The notes below the pieces were generated by a model. That model had not been told where the DNA came from. It saw only the letters and a program-made list of their open reading frames with translations, and did no database searches. Below are positions 51,985 to 62,066 of a DNA stretch of 64,000 nt, piece after piece. Position 1 is the stretch's first letter; each line of letters begins with the position of its first letter. This DNA is from Alphaproteobacteria bacterium (GTDB lineage: Bacteria > Pseudomonadota > Alphaproteobacteria > GCA-2731375), in NCBI GenBank assembly GCA_965232515.1, contig CBDDPY010000002.1:800001-864000 (forward strand). Reading direction: 5' to 3'. Both the position numbers and the translations under genes were made by a program.

Positions 51985-53787
51985 CTAGGCGCCCTCCAGC
52001 TCCTCGCGCAGCAACTCCAGTGCCAGCCATTCCTCCTCGGCGGCCGCGAGCTTGGCTTCCGCCGTCTGCAGATCCGACGCCGATTGCGAGTACGCGCCAG
52101 GATCCTTGGCATAGAGGTCCGGTTCGGCCAACTTCGCCTGTAGTCGCACGACATCGGCTTGCAAGGCCTCGATCCGTCCCGGCAAGGTTTCCAGTGCGTG
52201 CTTCTGCTTGTAGGACAGACGTTGCCGTGACGGCCGATCGCGCGGGCCCGCGGGCGGCTTCTTTTGCGCCGGCTTTTCCGATGGCCCGGTCGGTAGCGGT
52301 TCGCCGCGCTGCGCCAGCATGTCCGAATAGCCGCCGGCATATTCGATCCAGCGGCCGTCGCCTTCCGAGGCCAGGACCGATGTCACCACGCGGTCGAGGA
52401 AATCGCGGTCGTGACTGACCAGCAGCACGGTGCCGGCATAGTCGGCCAACAGTTCCTGCAACAGGTCGAGCGTTTCCAGGTCGAGGTCGTTCGTCGGCTC
52501 GTCCAGCACCAGCAGGTTCGACGGCTGCGCCAGCGCCCGGGCCAGCATCAACCGGCCGCGCTCGCCGCCGGAGAGCGCGGCGACCGGCGTGTGGGCCTGC
52601 TCCGGCGAGAACAGGAAGTCCTTCATGTAGCCGACGACATGCTTGCTTTGACCGCCGACGAACACGGTGTCGCCGCGCCGATCGGTCAGCGCCTCCGTCA
52701 GCGTCCAGTCCGGGTCGAGGCTGTCACGCCGTTGATCGAGGGTCACCATCTGCAGGTTGGCGCCGCGCCGGATCGTCCCTTGGTCCGGTTCCAGACTGCC
52801 CGTCAACATGTTGAGCAGCGTCGTCTTGCCGGCGCCGTTCGGCCCGACGATGCCGAGCCGGTCGCCGCGTTGCACCCGGACCGACAGATCCCGGACGACT
52901 GTCTTGTCGCCGAACGCCTTGCCGACCTCGGTGGCCTCGGCCACGAGCTTGCCGGACATGGCACCCTCGGTGGCGGTCAGCTTGACGGCGCCGGCGGCCT
53001 GGCGCTGCTCGCGCCGTTCCTTGCGCAGGGCATGCAGGGCGCGCAGACGGCCCTGGTTGCGCCGCCGCCGCGCGGTGACGCCGCGATGCAGCCATTCGGC
53101 CTCGGTCGCGAGCTTGCGGTCGAGCTCGTGCCGCTCGCGCGCCATCTGCGCAAGCGTCTCGTCGCGCCAGGTTTCGAAAGCCGCGAAGCCCCGGTCGAGA
53201 CGGCGGGTGATGCCCAGGCTGAGCCAAACCGTAGCGTGTGAGAGGTTCTCCAGGAACCGGCGGTCGTGGCTGATCAGGACCAGGGCCGAGCGTAGCGTCC
53301 TCAGCTCCGTCTCCAGCCATTCGATGGCCGGCAGGTCGAGGTGGTTGGTCGGCTCGTCCAGCAGCAGGATGTCCGGTTCCGGCGCCAGCACGCGCGCCAG
53401 CGCCGCCCGGCGCGCCTCGCCGCCCGACAAATGTGCCGGCGCCTCGTCACCGCTGAGGCCGAGGCGTGTCAGCAGGTACTGCGCCCGATGCGCGTCGTCG
53501 CCCGGCGCCAGTCCGGCCTCGACGTAATCCCGGGTCGTCGCATAGCCGGCAAGATCGGGTTCCTGCGGCAGGTAACGGACGGTGATACCCGGCTGTAGGA
53601 ACCGCTCGCCATGATCGGACTCGATCTGACCGGCGGCGATCTTCAGAAGGGTCGACTTGCCCGAGCCGTTGCGGCCGACCAGGCACAGCCGGTCGCCGGC
53701 CGAGACCGACAACTCGGCCGTTTCCAGCAACGGCGTGCCGCCGAAGCTGAGGGCGATATCGCGCAGGATCAGAACGGGTGGTGCCAT
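51985..53787 (-). CDS. uup: ABC-F ATPase (Uup-like)
   Basis: Two ABC cassettes (GRNGSGKST, LSGGE, DEPTN) and a C-terminal coiled coil. Confidence 0.85.
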   Translation of the reverse strand: MAPPVLILRDIALSFGGTPLLETAELSVSAGDRLCLVGRNGSGKSTLLKIAAGQIESDHGERFLQPGITVRYLPQEPDLAGYATTRDYVEAGLAPGDDAHRAQYLLTRLGLSGDEAPAHLSGGEARRAALARVLAPEPDILLLDEPTNHLDLPAIEWLETELRTLRSALVLISHDRRFLENLSHATVWLSLGITRRLDRGFAAFETWRDETLAQMARERHELDRKLATEAEWLHRGVTARRRRNQGRLRALHALRKERREQRQAAGAVKLTATEGAMSGKLVAEATEVGKAFGDKTVVRDLSVRVQRGDRLGIVGPNGAGKTTLLNMLTGSLEPDQGTIRRGANLQMVTLDQRRDSLDPDWTLTEALTDRRGDTVFVGGQSKHVVGYMKDFLFSPEQAHTPVAALSGGERGRLMLARALAQPSNLLVLDEPTNDLDLETLDLLQELLADYAGTVLLVSHDRDFLDRVVTSVLASEGDGRWIEYAGGYSDMLAQRGEPLPTGPSEKPAQKKPPAGPRDRPSRQRLSYKQKHALETLPGRIEALQADVVRLQAKLAEPDLYAKDPGAYSQSASDLQTAEAKLAAAEEEWLALELLREELEGA

Positions 53788-53845
53788 AGAGCCAGCATGT
53801 ATCCTCGCCGTCCGCGTTAGGCAAGGCCGGTGACGGGCCTCAAGC

Positions 53846-53874
53846 TTGACAGGCCGCGCCGGCTCGCCTAATCA
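53846..53874 (+). promoter_or_regulatory. Sigma-70-like promoter of the SAM-II/osmC/metY unit
   Basis: TTGACA-N17-TAATCA immediately before the aptamer. Confidence 0.65.
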
Positions 53875-53881
53875 ATAGGCA

Positions 53882-53930
53882 GCGCCGATTTGAGCCAGAT
53901 TGCGGGCGCTTAAAAATGCAGCTAAAGCGG
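53882..53930 (+). ncRNA. SAM-II riboswitch
   Basis: GCGCCGAUUUGA...UUGCGGGCGC...AAAUGCAGCUAAA matches the SAM-II pseudoknot consensus; upstream of metY. Confidence 0.85.
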
Positions 53931-53937
53931 TCGGACA

Positions 53938-53970
53938 GTCCGCCCCAGCATCGCTGCGGCGGATTTTTTT
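53938..53970 (+). terminator. Intrinsic terminator (riboswitch expression platform)
   Basis: TCCGCC-CCAGC-ATC-GCTGC-GGCGGA followed by T8. Confidence 0.75.
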
Positions 53971-54072
53971 TCGACCAGGCTCGGAAAGGGGGCGTTGCCC
54001 GCCGGGTCGTTTCGCGCCGGCGACGCAGCGCCGGAGTGGAATGGCCAGAACGAGGAGCCTAGAGATATATCC

Positions 54073-54609
54073 GTGACCTTCAGCGATGTTTTCACCTCCG
54101 CCCAGGATGCCTTCCGGCAGGAGCCTGGCGCCGCCGACGCGACGTTTTCGGTGGAGTCGCGTCAGACCGACGGCCTGAAGAGCGCCGTCACCGTGCGTCA
54201 GTTTCGCGTAGACGTGGACGAGCCGGCCGCGCTCGGCGGCGACGACACCGCGCCGAACCCGGTCGAATACGTGCTGGCGGCGCTGGCATCCTGCCAGGAG
54301 ATCACCTATCGCCTTTACGCCGACCAGCTCGGCATCCCGTTGAACAATGTTGCCGTCAGCCTGTCCGGCGACATCGACTTGCGCGGATTTTTCGCGGTCG
54401 ATGACAGCGTGCGGCCCGGCTACAATGCCGTCAAAGGGACCGTAACGTTGGACAGCGATGCAGATCCTGCCGAACTCCGACGCCTCAAGGCGGCTGTCGA
54501 CCGGCATTGCCCGGTGCTCGATATCCTGCGTCAGCCGACGCCGGTCAGCCTGGGTCTCGAATTCAAGAATGGGAGTGTGGGAAGCGCGGCGGCCCGGGCT
54601 CAGGCCTGA
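54073..54609 (+). CDS. OsmC/Ohr family protein
   Basis: DEP..LGG.D.APNPVE, ASC, HCPV; start could instead be 53995. Confidence 0.85.
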   Translation: MTFSDVFTSAQDAFRQEPGAADATFSVESRQTDGLKSAVTVRQFRVDVDEPAALGGDDTAPNPVEYVLAALASCQEITYRLYADQLGIPLNNVAVSLSGDIDLRGFFAVDDSVRPGYNAVKGTVTLDSDADPAELRRLKAAVDRHCPVLDILRQPTPVSLGLEFKNGSVGSAAARAQA

Positions 54610-54650
54610 ACCGCCATTGGCAAACCTCAAGCGTCTTAGGGGCAAGACTT

Positions 54651-55970
54651 ATGACTGTTGACAGCAAGAATCCCGAGACCCTCGCCTTGCACGCGGGCTA
54701 TCGGAACGATCCGGCGACCGGCGCGGTCGCCGTGCCGATCTATCAGACCACGTCGTACCAGTTCAACCACACCGAACACGCGGCCAACCTGTTCGCGCTC
54801 AAGGAACTGGGCAACATCTATACCCGCATCATGAACCCGACCTGCGACGTGCTGGAGCAGCGCATCGCGGCGTTGGAAGGCGGCGCCGCGTCACTGGCGC
54901 TGAGCTCGGGCCAGGCGGCCTCGGCGTTTGCCATCCAGAACGTGGCCCAGGCCGGCGACAACGTGGTCAGCTCGACCGACCTCTATGGCGGCACCTGGAA
55001 CCTGTTCGCCAATACGCTGAAGCAGCAGGGCATCGAGGTCCGCTTCGTCGATCCGTCCGATCCGGAAAACTTCCGCCGGGCGACCGACGACAAGACCCGG
55101 GCCTACTACGCGGAGACTCTGCCGAACCCGAAGCTGACCGTGTTCCCGATCAAGGAAGTCGCCGATATCGGCCGCGAGTTCGGCGTGCCGCTGATCATGG
55201 ACAACACGGCGGCGCCGGTGATCTGCAAGCCGTTCGAGCACGGCGCGGCCATTATCGTCTACTCGACGACCAAGTATATCGGCGGTCACGGCACGTCGAT
55301 CGGCGGCCTGCTGGTCGACGGCGGCAATTTCGACTGGGAGGCCTATCCCGACCGACAGCCGCTGCTGAACACGCCCGACCCGAGCTATCACGGCGCGGTC
55401 TGGAGCCAGGCGGCGAAACCGCTGGGGCCGATCGCCTATATCCTGAAGGCACGCGTGACGCTGCTGCGCGACCTCGGATCGGCGTTGAGCCCCTTCAACG
55501 CCTTCCAGATCATCCAGGGACTGGAGACGCTGCCGCTCAGGATCCGCGAGCATTGCCGCAACGGCGCGGCCGTCGCCGAGTTCCTGTCCGGCCATTCGGC
55601 CGTCAGCAACGTGATCTTCGCCGGCAGCCATACGGACGCCGAGCAGCAGAGGCGGGCCGAGACCTATCTCGGCGGCCAGTATGGCGGCCTGGTGGGCTTC
55701 GAGCTGAAGGACGGGCTGGAGGCTGGAAAGCGCTTCATCGACGCCCTGCAACTGTTCTACCACGTCGCCAATATCGGCGATGCCCGCAGCCTGGCGATCC
55801 ATCCGGCCTCGACGACGCATTCGCAGCTGTCGCCGGAGGACCAGCTGGCGACAGGCGTGTCGGACGGTTATGTCCGGCTGTCGATCGGCATCGAGCATAT
55901 CGACGACATCATCGCCGACCTTACGCAGGCGCTCGACGCCGCGACGTCGCAGCAGGCGGCGGCCGAATAA
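54651..55970 (+). CDS. metY: O-acetylhomoserine sulfhydrylase
   Basis: PIYQTTSY, NIYTRIMNPT, STTKYIGGHG, HPASTTH. Confidence 0.9.
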   Translation: MTVDSKNPETLALHAGYRNDPATGAVAVPIYQTTSYQFNHTEHAANLFALKELGNIYTRIMNPTCDVLEQRIAALEGGAASLALSSGQAASAFAIQNVAQAGDNVVSSTDLYGGTWNLFANTLKQQGIEVRFVDPSDPENFRRATDDKTRAYYAETLPNPKLTVFPIKEVADIGREFGVPLIMDNTAAPVICKPFEHGAAIIVYSTTKYIGGHGTSIGGLLVDGGNFDWEAYPDRQPLLNTPDPSYHGAVWSQAAKPLGPIAYILKARVTLLRDLGSALSPFNAFQIIQGLETLPLRIREHCRNGAAVAEFLSGHSAVSNVIFAGSHTDAEQQRRAETYLGGQYGGLVGFELKDGLEAGKRFIDALQLFYHVANIGDARSLAIHPASTTHSQLSPEDQLATGVSDGYVRLSIGIEHIDDIIADLTQALDAATSQQAAAE

Positions 55971-56000
55971 CCGCATAACAACCAAGAAACGCCATCAACC

Positions 56001-56039
56001 GAAATCGGCCGGGCCGCATCCGCGGTCCGGCATTTCTTT
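56001..56039 (+). terminator. Probable terminator after metY
   Basis: GC-rich hairpin followed by TTTCTTT. Confidence 0.5.
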
Positions 56040-56051
56040 GCCGATCTTTCT

Positions 56052-56107
56052 ATTCCGGTGACAGTAACCATAACTCCGTGTCGAGTTAAGGTTACTGTCA
56101 CCGGAAT
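56052..56107. repeat. Long palindromic element
   Basis: 18-bp perfect IR ATTCCGGTGACAGTAACC plus inner TAACTC/GAGTTA. Confidence 0.75.
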
Positions 56108-56109
56108 TA

Positions 56110-57054
56110 TCAGCCGTGGAGGGCGGATTTCGGCAACATCATATGGATGCCCTTGTGGACGTTGACGACCTGGGTCACGCGCAGGTCGCCGGCAAGGCTG
56201 CAGAGCGTGTAGGCGTCGGCCTTGGAGAGGTTGGTGCGGGTCTGGATCTGGTCGAGCATGCGGCGCAGCGCCTGTTCGGCGGCGACGTCGAGATCCGGAT
56301 CGATGCCGAAGGTGATGTAGTGGCTGCGGGTTTCGGCGAACGGCGCGTCGAGGTCCAAGTCCTTACGTACGTGCAGCTCAAAGGTGCCGGTCAGCGCCGT
56401 CTCGATGGCCGTGACGCAAACCTCGCCGTCGCCCTGCGTCGCATGGCCATCGCCGGCCGAAAACAGGGCGCCATCGGCGAAGACTGGCAGATAGAGCGTG
56501 GCGCCGGGCCGCAGCTCCTTGCAGTCGAGATTGCCGCCGTGGCGGCGCGGAATGATCGAACTGATCCGGCCCCAGCCGGACGGCGGCGCCACACCCATGA
56601 CGCCGAAGAACGGATAGAGCGGCAGGTCGTGGCCCCAGGGCAGTCGGCCGGTCATCGACGAGCGGTCGAGCGGGACGTGCAGCAGCCGAGGTTCCTCGAA
56701 ATCGTTTGGCAGAGCGCCGCTGAGCGGTCGGATCACGTTCCAGCCCCAGTTGTCGGCAAGCTGTACGTCGACGATGCGGATCTCCAGCACGTCACCCACT
56801 GTCGCGCCGCGCACCGCCACCGGCCCGGTGAGGATATGGCCGGGCGTCATGCGGTCGTGCACCTGCCGGTGGATCTCGACGAGTTCGGGCAACGGCCGCA
56901 GGTCGCCGTCGGGCACGACATCGGGACCGCCGGAGACCGTATGGACGGTGACGCTGTCGCCGGACTCGATCTCGATGACGGGCGAAGCGGCGGCCTCGAA
57001 ATAACCCCAGCGGACCGTCTCCGGCGTGGCGTTCAGCTCGTGGTGCGTCGGCAT
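56110..57054 (-). CDS. Acetamidase/formamidase family protein
   Basis: HILTGPV, GGNLD, GDGHATQGDGEV. Confidence 0.88.
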   Translation of the reverse strand: MPTHHELNATPETVRWGYFEAAASPVIEIESGDSVTVHTVSGGPDVVPDGDLRPLPELVEIHRQVHDRMTPGHILTGPVAVRGATVGDVLEIRIVDVQLADNWGWNVIRPLSGALPNDFEEPRLLHVPLDRSSMTGRLPWGHDLPLYPFFGVMGVAPPSGWGRISSIIPRRHGGNLDCKELRPGATLYLPVFADGALFSAGDGHATQGDGEVCVTAIETALTGTFELHVRKDLDLDAPFAETRSHYITFGIDPDLDVAAEQALRRMLDQIQTRTNLSKADAYTLCSLAGDLRVTQVVNVHKGIHMMLPKSALHG

Positions 57055-57099
57055 GGTGTCGGGCGCTCCTTGGGAATCAGCCCCCGAACGGTAGCACGG

Positions 57100-58347
57100 T
57101 CAGGCCGCGGCCAGCGCCCGCAGCAGGTCATCGGCAAGATCGCCGGCGTCTTCCAGGCCGACCGACAAGCGCACGAGGCCGTCTGAGACGCCGGCCAGGG
57201 CGCGGCCTTCCGGTCCCATGGCCCGGTGCGTGGTTGTCGCCGGGTGGGTGATCAGGCTCTTGGCGTCGCCGAGGTTGTTCGAAATGTCGACGATCTTGAG
57301 CGCGTTCAGGGCGCGGAAGGCGGCATCTTTTCCGCCGGCCATCTCGAAGCTGACGACAGTGCCGCCGGCCTGCATCTGCCGCCGGGCGAGATGGGCCTGG
57401 GGATGGTCGTCCATCTCCGGATAAATCACTTGGGCAACGGCCGGCTGCCGTTGCAGCACGTGCGCCAGCGTGCGGGCACTGGTGCACTGCCGATCGACCC
57501 GGATTTCCAGCGTCTCCAGACCCTTCAGCAGCGTCCAGGCGTTGAACGGGCTCAAGGCCGGGCCGGTGTGGCGCAGGAACGGTTGCAGGATCTCGTTGCG
57601 GAAATGCGCGTCCGAAACCACGGCGCCGCCAAGGCAGCGGCCCTGGCCGTCGATATGCTTGGTGCCGGAATAGACGACGACATCGGCGCCGAAGTCCATG
57701 GGCCGCTGCAGCAGCGGCGTCGAGAACACGTTGTCGACCACCACGCGGGCATCCACCTCGTGCGCCAGCTCGGACACGGCCGCAATATCGATGATCTCCA
57801 GTGTCGGATTCGACGGCGTTTCGAAGAACACGGCCGCCGTTTCCGGCCTGAGCGCGTCGCGCCACTGGTCGAGGTCGGTGCCGTCGACCAGCGTCGTCTC
57901 GATGCCATAGCGCGGCAGCAGCTCGGTGACGATGTAGTGGCAGGAGCCGAACAACGCCCGCGACGACACGACATGATCGCCGGCGCGGAGTTGCGACATC
58001 AGGGCCGCGAACACGGCGGCCATGCCGCTCGCCGTGGCGAAGCAGGCCTCGGCGCCTTCCAGCAGCGCCAGGCGCTGCTCGAACATGGTGACGGTGGGAT
58101 TGCCGTAGCGCGAGTAGATGAAACCGGGATCGTCGCCCAGGAACCGGGCCTCGGCCTGCTCGGCGCTGTCGTAGACGAAGCCGGAGTTCAGATACATCGC
58201 CTCGCTGGTCTCGCCGTGCGACGAGCGGCAGAGGCCGCCGCGCACCATGCGCGTGGCGGGCTGCCAACATCGCTCGTCGTTCAATCTGCTATCGATCGGT
58301 TCCATGAAATCGACCCCCGTTATTGTCGTTGTCGCTGTGTCAGTCAT
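57100..58347 (-). CDS. metZ: O-succinylhomoserine sulfhydrylase
   Basis: ETSEAMYLNSGFVY, YSRYGNPT, SGTKHIDGQGR, NNLGDAKS. Confidence 0.9.
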   Translation of the reverse strand: MTDTATTTITGVDFMEPIDSRLNDERCWQPATRMVRGGLCRSSHGETSEAMYLNSGFVYDSAEQAEARFLGDDPGFIYSRYGNPTVTMFEQRLALLEGAEACFATASGMAAVFAALMSQLRAGDHVVSSRALFGSCHYIVTELLPRYGIETTLVDGTDLDQWRDALRPETAAVFFETPSNPTLEIIDIAAVSELAHEVDARVVVDNVFSTPLLQRPMDFGADVVVYSGTKHIDGQGRCLGGAVVSDAHFRNEILQPFLRHTGPALSPFNAWTLLKGLETLEIRVDRQCTSARTLAHVLQRQPAVAQVIYPEMDDHPQAHLARRQMQAGGTVVSFEMAGGKDAAFRALNALKIVDISNNLGDAKSLITHPATTTHRAMGPEGRALAGVSDGLVRLSVGLEDAGDLADDLLRALAAA

Positions 58348-58781
58348 TTTTGCGTCCAGGGCAGGCCCGCGGCCTTCCAGCCTTCCGATGTTCCGCGTTG
58401 TCCGTGGTCGTCGCACGGCCCCTCGAAACCGTCGGCGACGTTGAAGCAGGTTTCGTAGCCCGCTGCCGTCAGTGCGATCGCGGCGTTTCGCGAGCGCGCG
58501 CCAGAACGGCAAAGCAGCAGGATCGCCGTCGATCTGGCGATACCCGTCGTCTCGACCTGTTGCAGGAAATCGGCGTTCGGGCGCATGCCGGGATAGTGTT
58601 GCCAGGCGATGAAGTAGGGGGACTTCTCCAGGCGGCTCAGATCCGGCCGGCCGACAAAATCCCACTCGGCCTCGCTGCGCACGTCGATCAGCACGGCATC
58701 GGGATCGTCCGTCAGCCGGTCCCAGGCCTGCCAGGACGTGAGGTCGCCGGCATAGGTTGCTTCGGTCTGAACTTGGGTCAT
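58344..58781 (-). CDS. Rhodanese-domain sulfurtransferase
   Basis: IDVR, LCRSGARS, GWKAAGLPW. Confidence 0.88.
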   Translation of the reverse strand: MTQVQTEATYAGDLTSWQAWDRLTDDPDAVLIDVRSEAEWDFVGRPDLSRLEKSPYFIAWQHYPGMRPNADFLQQVETTGIARSTAILLLCRSGARSRNAAIALTAAGYETCFNVADGFEGPCDDHGQRGTSEGWKAAGLPWTQK

Positions 58782-58799
58782 TGCATGGCCTCCCCGGCC

Positions 58800-59528
58800 T
58801 TAGCCGGCGCGGCGGATCGTGCCGTCCGCGCCGATATGGATGCCGCACTCCGTCTTGCCGCTGCCGGCCCATCGGCCGGCGCGGATGTCGTCGGCCTGCG
58901 CGACCGCCCGGGTGCAGGTGGCGCAGCCGATCGAGCGATAGCCACGCACCGTCAGCGGATGTGGCGGTAAATCGAGCCGGTCGAACGCTTCGCTGATGTC
59001 TTCTGCCGACCAGTTGGCCAGCGGATTGATCTTGACGCGACCGTTCGCCGCCTCGATCAGCGGCAGATTGTCCCGCAGGCCGCCATGGAAGCGCTTGCGG
59101 CCGGTGATCCAGGCCTTGAAGCCGGCCAATGCCCGCTCCAGCGGCAGGACCTTGCGCAGATGGCAACAGGCGTCCGGATTCCGCCGCCAGAGATCGCCGT
59201 CGGAATCGCGTTCGGTCAGGTCTCGCGGCGACGGCGCGATCTGGCGCACGTCGCGCAGGCCGAGCCTTTCGGTGACGGTCTCGACGTAACGCAGCGTTTC
59301 CGGAAAGTGCTTGCCGGAGTCGAGGAAGATCACCGGCGTCGCCGGATCGATCTCGGCAACGAGCCGCAGCAGCACGGCCGCCTCGGCGCCGAACGACGAG
59401 ACAAGCGCAGTACGGCCGGGATAGGCCTCCGTGAGGACGGCCCGCAGCAGGGCCGATCCGTCGAGCCCCGCATAGCGGTCGGACAGGATGGCGGCCTGAC
59501 GGATCGCGGGATCGAAACGCAGCAGCAT
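58800..59528 (-). CDS. cysH: APS/PAPS reductase
   Basis: SSFG, ACCHLRK, SIGCATCT, ECGIH. Confidence 0.9.
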   Translation of the reverse strand: MLLRFDPAIRQAAILSDRYAGLDGSALLRAVLTEAYPGRTALVSSFGAEAAVLLRLVAEIDPATPVIFLDSGKHFPETLRYVETVTERLGLRDVRQIAPSPRDLTERDSDGDLWRRNPDACCHLRKVLPLERALAGFKAWITGRKRFHGGLRDNLPLIEAANGRVKINPLANWSAEDISEAFDRLDLPPHPLTVRGYRSIGCATCTRAVAQADDIRAGRWAGSGKTECGIHIGADGTIRRAG

Positions 59529-59541
59529 CGCGGGCCGGCTC

Positions 59542-60102
59542 CTAGTAGGCCCAGTAACCGGCGCAGGCGACCGCTGGCGGACTGTCGGGCTCCGTCGACG
59601 CGCCCGAGGCCGTGCGACGCGGACTTGGCTTGCGCCGCAGGGTGGCGGCGGGCTCGCGTTTGTCGGCGGTGGGCTGGTACCAGACCGAGATCTCCCGCAA
59701 GGCCTCTTCCCAAACGACCGCAGCGCTTTCGTCGGCGACCTCGAAGGCATCGAAGCCGCAGCGGTGCATGAACAGATACTGATCCCGTAGCACGTTGCCG
59801 ACCGCCCGCAGTTCGCCCTTGTAGCCGTAACGCTCGCGCAGCAGGCGGGCGTAGGAATAGGCGCGGCCGTCGTTGAACTTCGGGAACTCGAGGGCGATCA
59901 CATCGAAGCGTTCTATGTCGTCGGCGATGAGCGTCGGCGACTGGTCGCTCGCGAGCCGGATGCCGACCGGCGCGTTGCGTTGCTGAATCCCGTCTTCGTT
60001 GGCCTGCCAGGCGTCGAGACCGACGATCAGCGGCGCATCCGATCCGTCGTCCGAGTTCCGCCAGGGGTCGGCGACGAGCTTTCCGTCCTTAATGAGCGGC
60101 AT
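59542..60102 (-). CDS. DUF934 family protein
   Basis: FPKFNDGRAYSYARLLR, ELRAVG.VLRDQ, RCGFD. Confidence 0.88.
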   Translation of the reverse strand: MPLIKDGKLVADPWRNSDDGSDAPLIVGLDAWQANEDGIQQRNAPVGIRLASDQSPTLIADDIERFDVIALEFPKFNDGRAYSYARLLRERYGYKGELRAVGNVLRDQYLFMHRCGFDAFEVADESAAVVWEEALREISVWYQPTADKREPAATLRRKPSPRRTASGASTEPDSPPAVACAGYWAY

Positions 60103-61744
60103 AGAGCTTCTCCTTGAAGGGTTGCAGACCGACGCGGCGATAGGTGTCGAGGAACTGTTCGCCCCGGTCCCGTTGTTCCAAGTACGTGTCGACGATGGTT
60201 TCGACGGCGTCCGCGATCTCGTCGCCGGAAAAGGCCGGGCCGACCAGATCGCCGAGCGCGGCGTTCTCGTCGGCATTGCCGCCGAGCGTGACCTGGTAGT
60301 GCTCGGTGCCCTTCTTGTTGACGCCGAGGATGCCGATGTTGCCGACGTGATGGTGCGCGCAGGCGTTAATGCAGCCGGAGATGTTGAGCGTGAGCCGGCC
60401 GATATCGTGCAGGCGCGCGAGATTGTCGAAACGCCGGCTGATCTGCTGCGCGATCGGGATCGAGCGGGCGTTCGCCAGGTTGCAATAGTCCAGCCCCGGG
60501 CAGGCGATGATGTCGGTCAGAAGGCCGATATTCGCCGTCGCCAGTTCGGCCTGCTGGAGTGCCTGCCAGAGGGCATGCAGGTCCGAGAGCCTGACGTCGG
60601 GCAGGACCAGGTTCTGCTCGTGCGCGACGCGGATCTCGCCGAAGCTGTAGCGCTCGGCCACATCGGCGACGACCTCCATCTGCTCGGCCGAGGCGTCGCC
60701 CGGCACGCCGCCGGTCGGCTTCAGCGAGATGTTGACGACGGCGTAGCCCGGCTGCTTGTGGGCGACAACGTTGCTGCGCACCCACTGGGCGAAGGCCGGA
60801 TCGGACAGGCGCTTCTCCTCGAAGGCCGCCGAGACGGCGTCGAGACGTTCGTAGGCCGGCGGCGCGAAATAGGTTTCGATGCGGGCGATCTCGTCGGCCG
60901 GCAGGTCGAGCGCGCCACCGCGGATCTCCCGCCACTCGGCTTCGACCATCTCGGCGAAAGTCTCGGCGCCGACCTGGTTGACCAGGATCTTGATGCGCGC
61001 CTTGTGGATGTTGTCGCGGCGGCCGAGCTGGTTGTAGACGCGCAGGATCGCTTCCAGATAGGACAACAGATCCTGCTTCGGCAGGAAGTCGCGGATCGTC
61101 TTACCGATGACGGGCGTGCGGCCGAGGCCGCCGCCGACCATCACCTCGAAGCCAGCCTCGCCATCTGCGTCGATGTGCATGCGAAGTCCGATGTCGTGCG
61201 CCCGTACCGCCGCACGGTCGTGCGGCGCGCCGGTGATGGCGATCTTGAACTTGCGTGGCAGGAACGAGAATTCCGGATGCAGGGTCGACCATTGCCGGAT
61301 GATTTCGGCATAGATACGCGGATCCTCGATCTCGTCGGCGGCGACGCCGGCGAACTGGTCGGCCGTGACGTTGCGGATGCAGTTGCCGCTGGTCTGGATC
61401 GCGTGCATCTCGACATCCGCCAGATCGGCCAGGATGTCGGGCGCGTCTTCCAGCTTGATCCAGTTGTACTGGATGTTCTGGCGCGTGGTGAAATGGCCAT
61501 AGCCCTTGTCGTAGCGGCGGGCGATGTTGGCGAGACGCCGCATCTGTGGCGACGACAGCGTGCCGTAGGGAATGGCGACCCGCAGCATGTAGGCGTGAAG
61601 CTGCAGGTAGAGGCCGTTCATAAGGCGCAGCGGCTTGAACTCATCCTCGGTCAGTTCGCCGTCGAGGCGGCGGGCCACCTGACCGCGGAACTGCGCCACG
61701 CGCTGCTGTACGAAGCCGTGGTCGAATTCGTCGTAGCGGTACAT
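60089..61744 (-). CDS. cysI: Sulfite reductase hemoprotein
   Basis: HFTTRQNIQ, CPGLDYC, SGCINAC; start MYRYDEF. Confidence 0.92.
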   Translation of the reverse strand: MYRYDEFDHGFVQQRVAQFRGQVARRLDGELTEDEFKPLRLMNGLYLQLHAYMLRVAIPYGTLSSPQMRRLANIARRYDKGYGHFTTRQNIQYNWIKLEDAPDILADLADVEMHAIQTSGNCIRNVTADQFAGVAADEIEDPRIYAEIIRQWSTLHPEFSFLPRKFKIAITGAPHDRAAVRAHDIGLRMHIDADGEAGFEVMVGGGLGRTPVIGKTIRDFLPKQDLLSYLEAILRVYNQLGRRDNIHKARIKILVNQVGAETFAEMVEAEWREIRGGALDLPADEIARIETYFAPPAYERLDAVSAAFEEKRLSDPAFAQWVRSNVVAHKQPGYAVVNISLKPTGGVPGDASAEQMEVVADVAERYSFGEIRVAHEQNLVLPDVRLSDLHALWQALQQAELATANIGLLTDIIACPGLDYCNLANARSIPIAQQISRRFDNLARLHDIGRLTLNISGCINACAHHHVGNIGILGVNKKGTEHYQVTLGGNADENAALGDLVGPAFSGDEIADAVETIVDTYLEQRDRGEQFLDTYRRVGLQPFKEKLYAAH

Positions 61745-61752
61745 GGACGACC

Positions 61753-62052
61753 TCAGCGCTGAGCGGCCTGGTAGCCGAGATCGGGCCGGATGCTCGGCCC
61801 CTTGGCGCGGATGGTTTCGCGCTGGCCAAGTGGCTGGATAGCGCCGGCCTCGACGGTGACGTCGAACAGGTAGGGGCCGACGACGATCCGGCGGTCGACG
61901 TCGCGCTCGGCCGTCGCCAGCAACGCGGACGCGGTCTCCGCGCCGTCGGCGACGGCAGCGTCGGCCAGGCGGTCGGACCAGCCGTTGTTGGGGGCGAGGT
62001 AGACGACCTGGCCGTCGTGTAGACGGTTGGCCGTGACGACTTGCTGGGACAT
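61753..62052 (-). CDS. DUF2849 family protein
   Basis: TANRL.DG.VVY, VVGPY, IRAKGPS. Confidence 0.85.
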   Translation of the reverse strand: MSQQVVTANRLHDGQVVYLAPNNGWSDRLADAAVADGAETASALLATAERDVDRRIVVGPYLFDVTVEAGAIQPLGQRETIRAKGPSIRPDLGYQAAQR

Positions 62053-62066
62053 GGATCTGATCTCCT

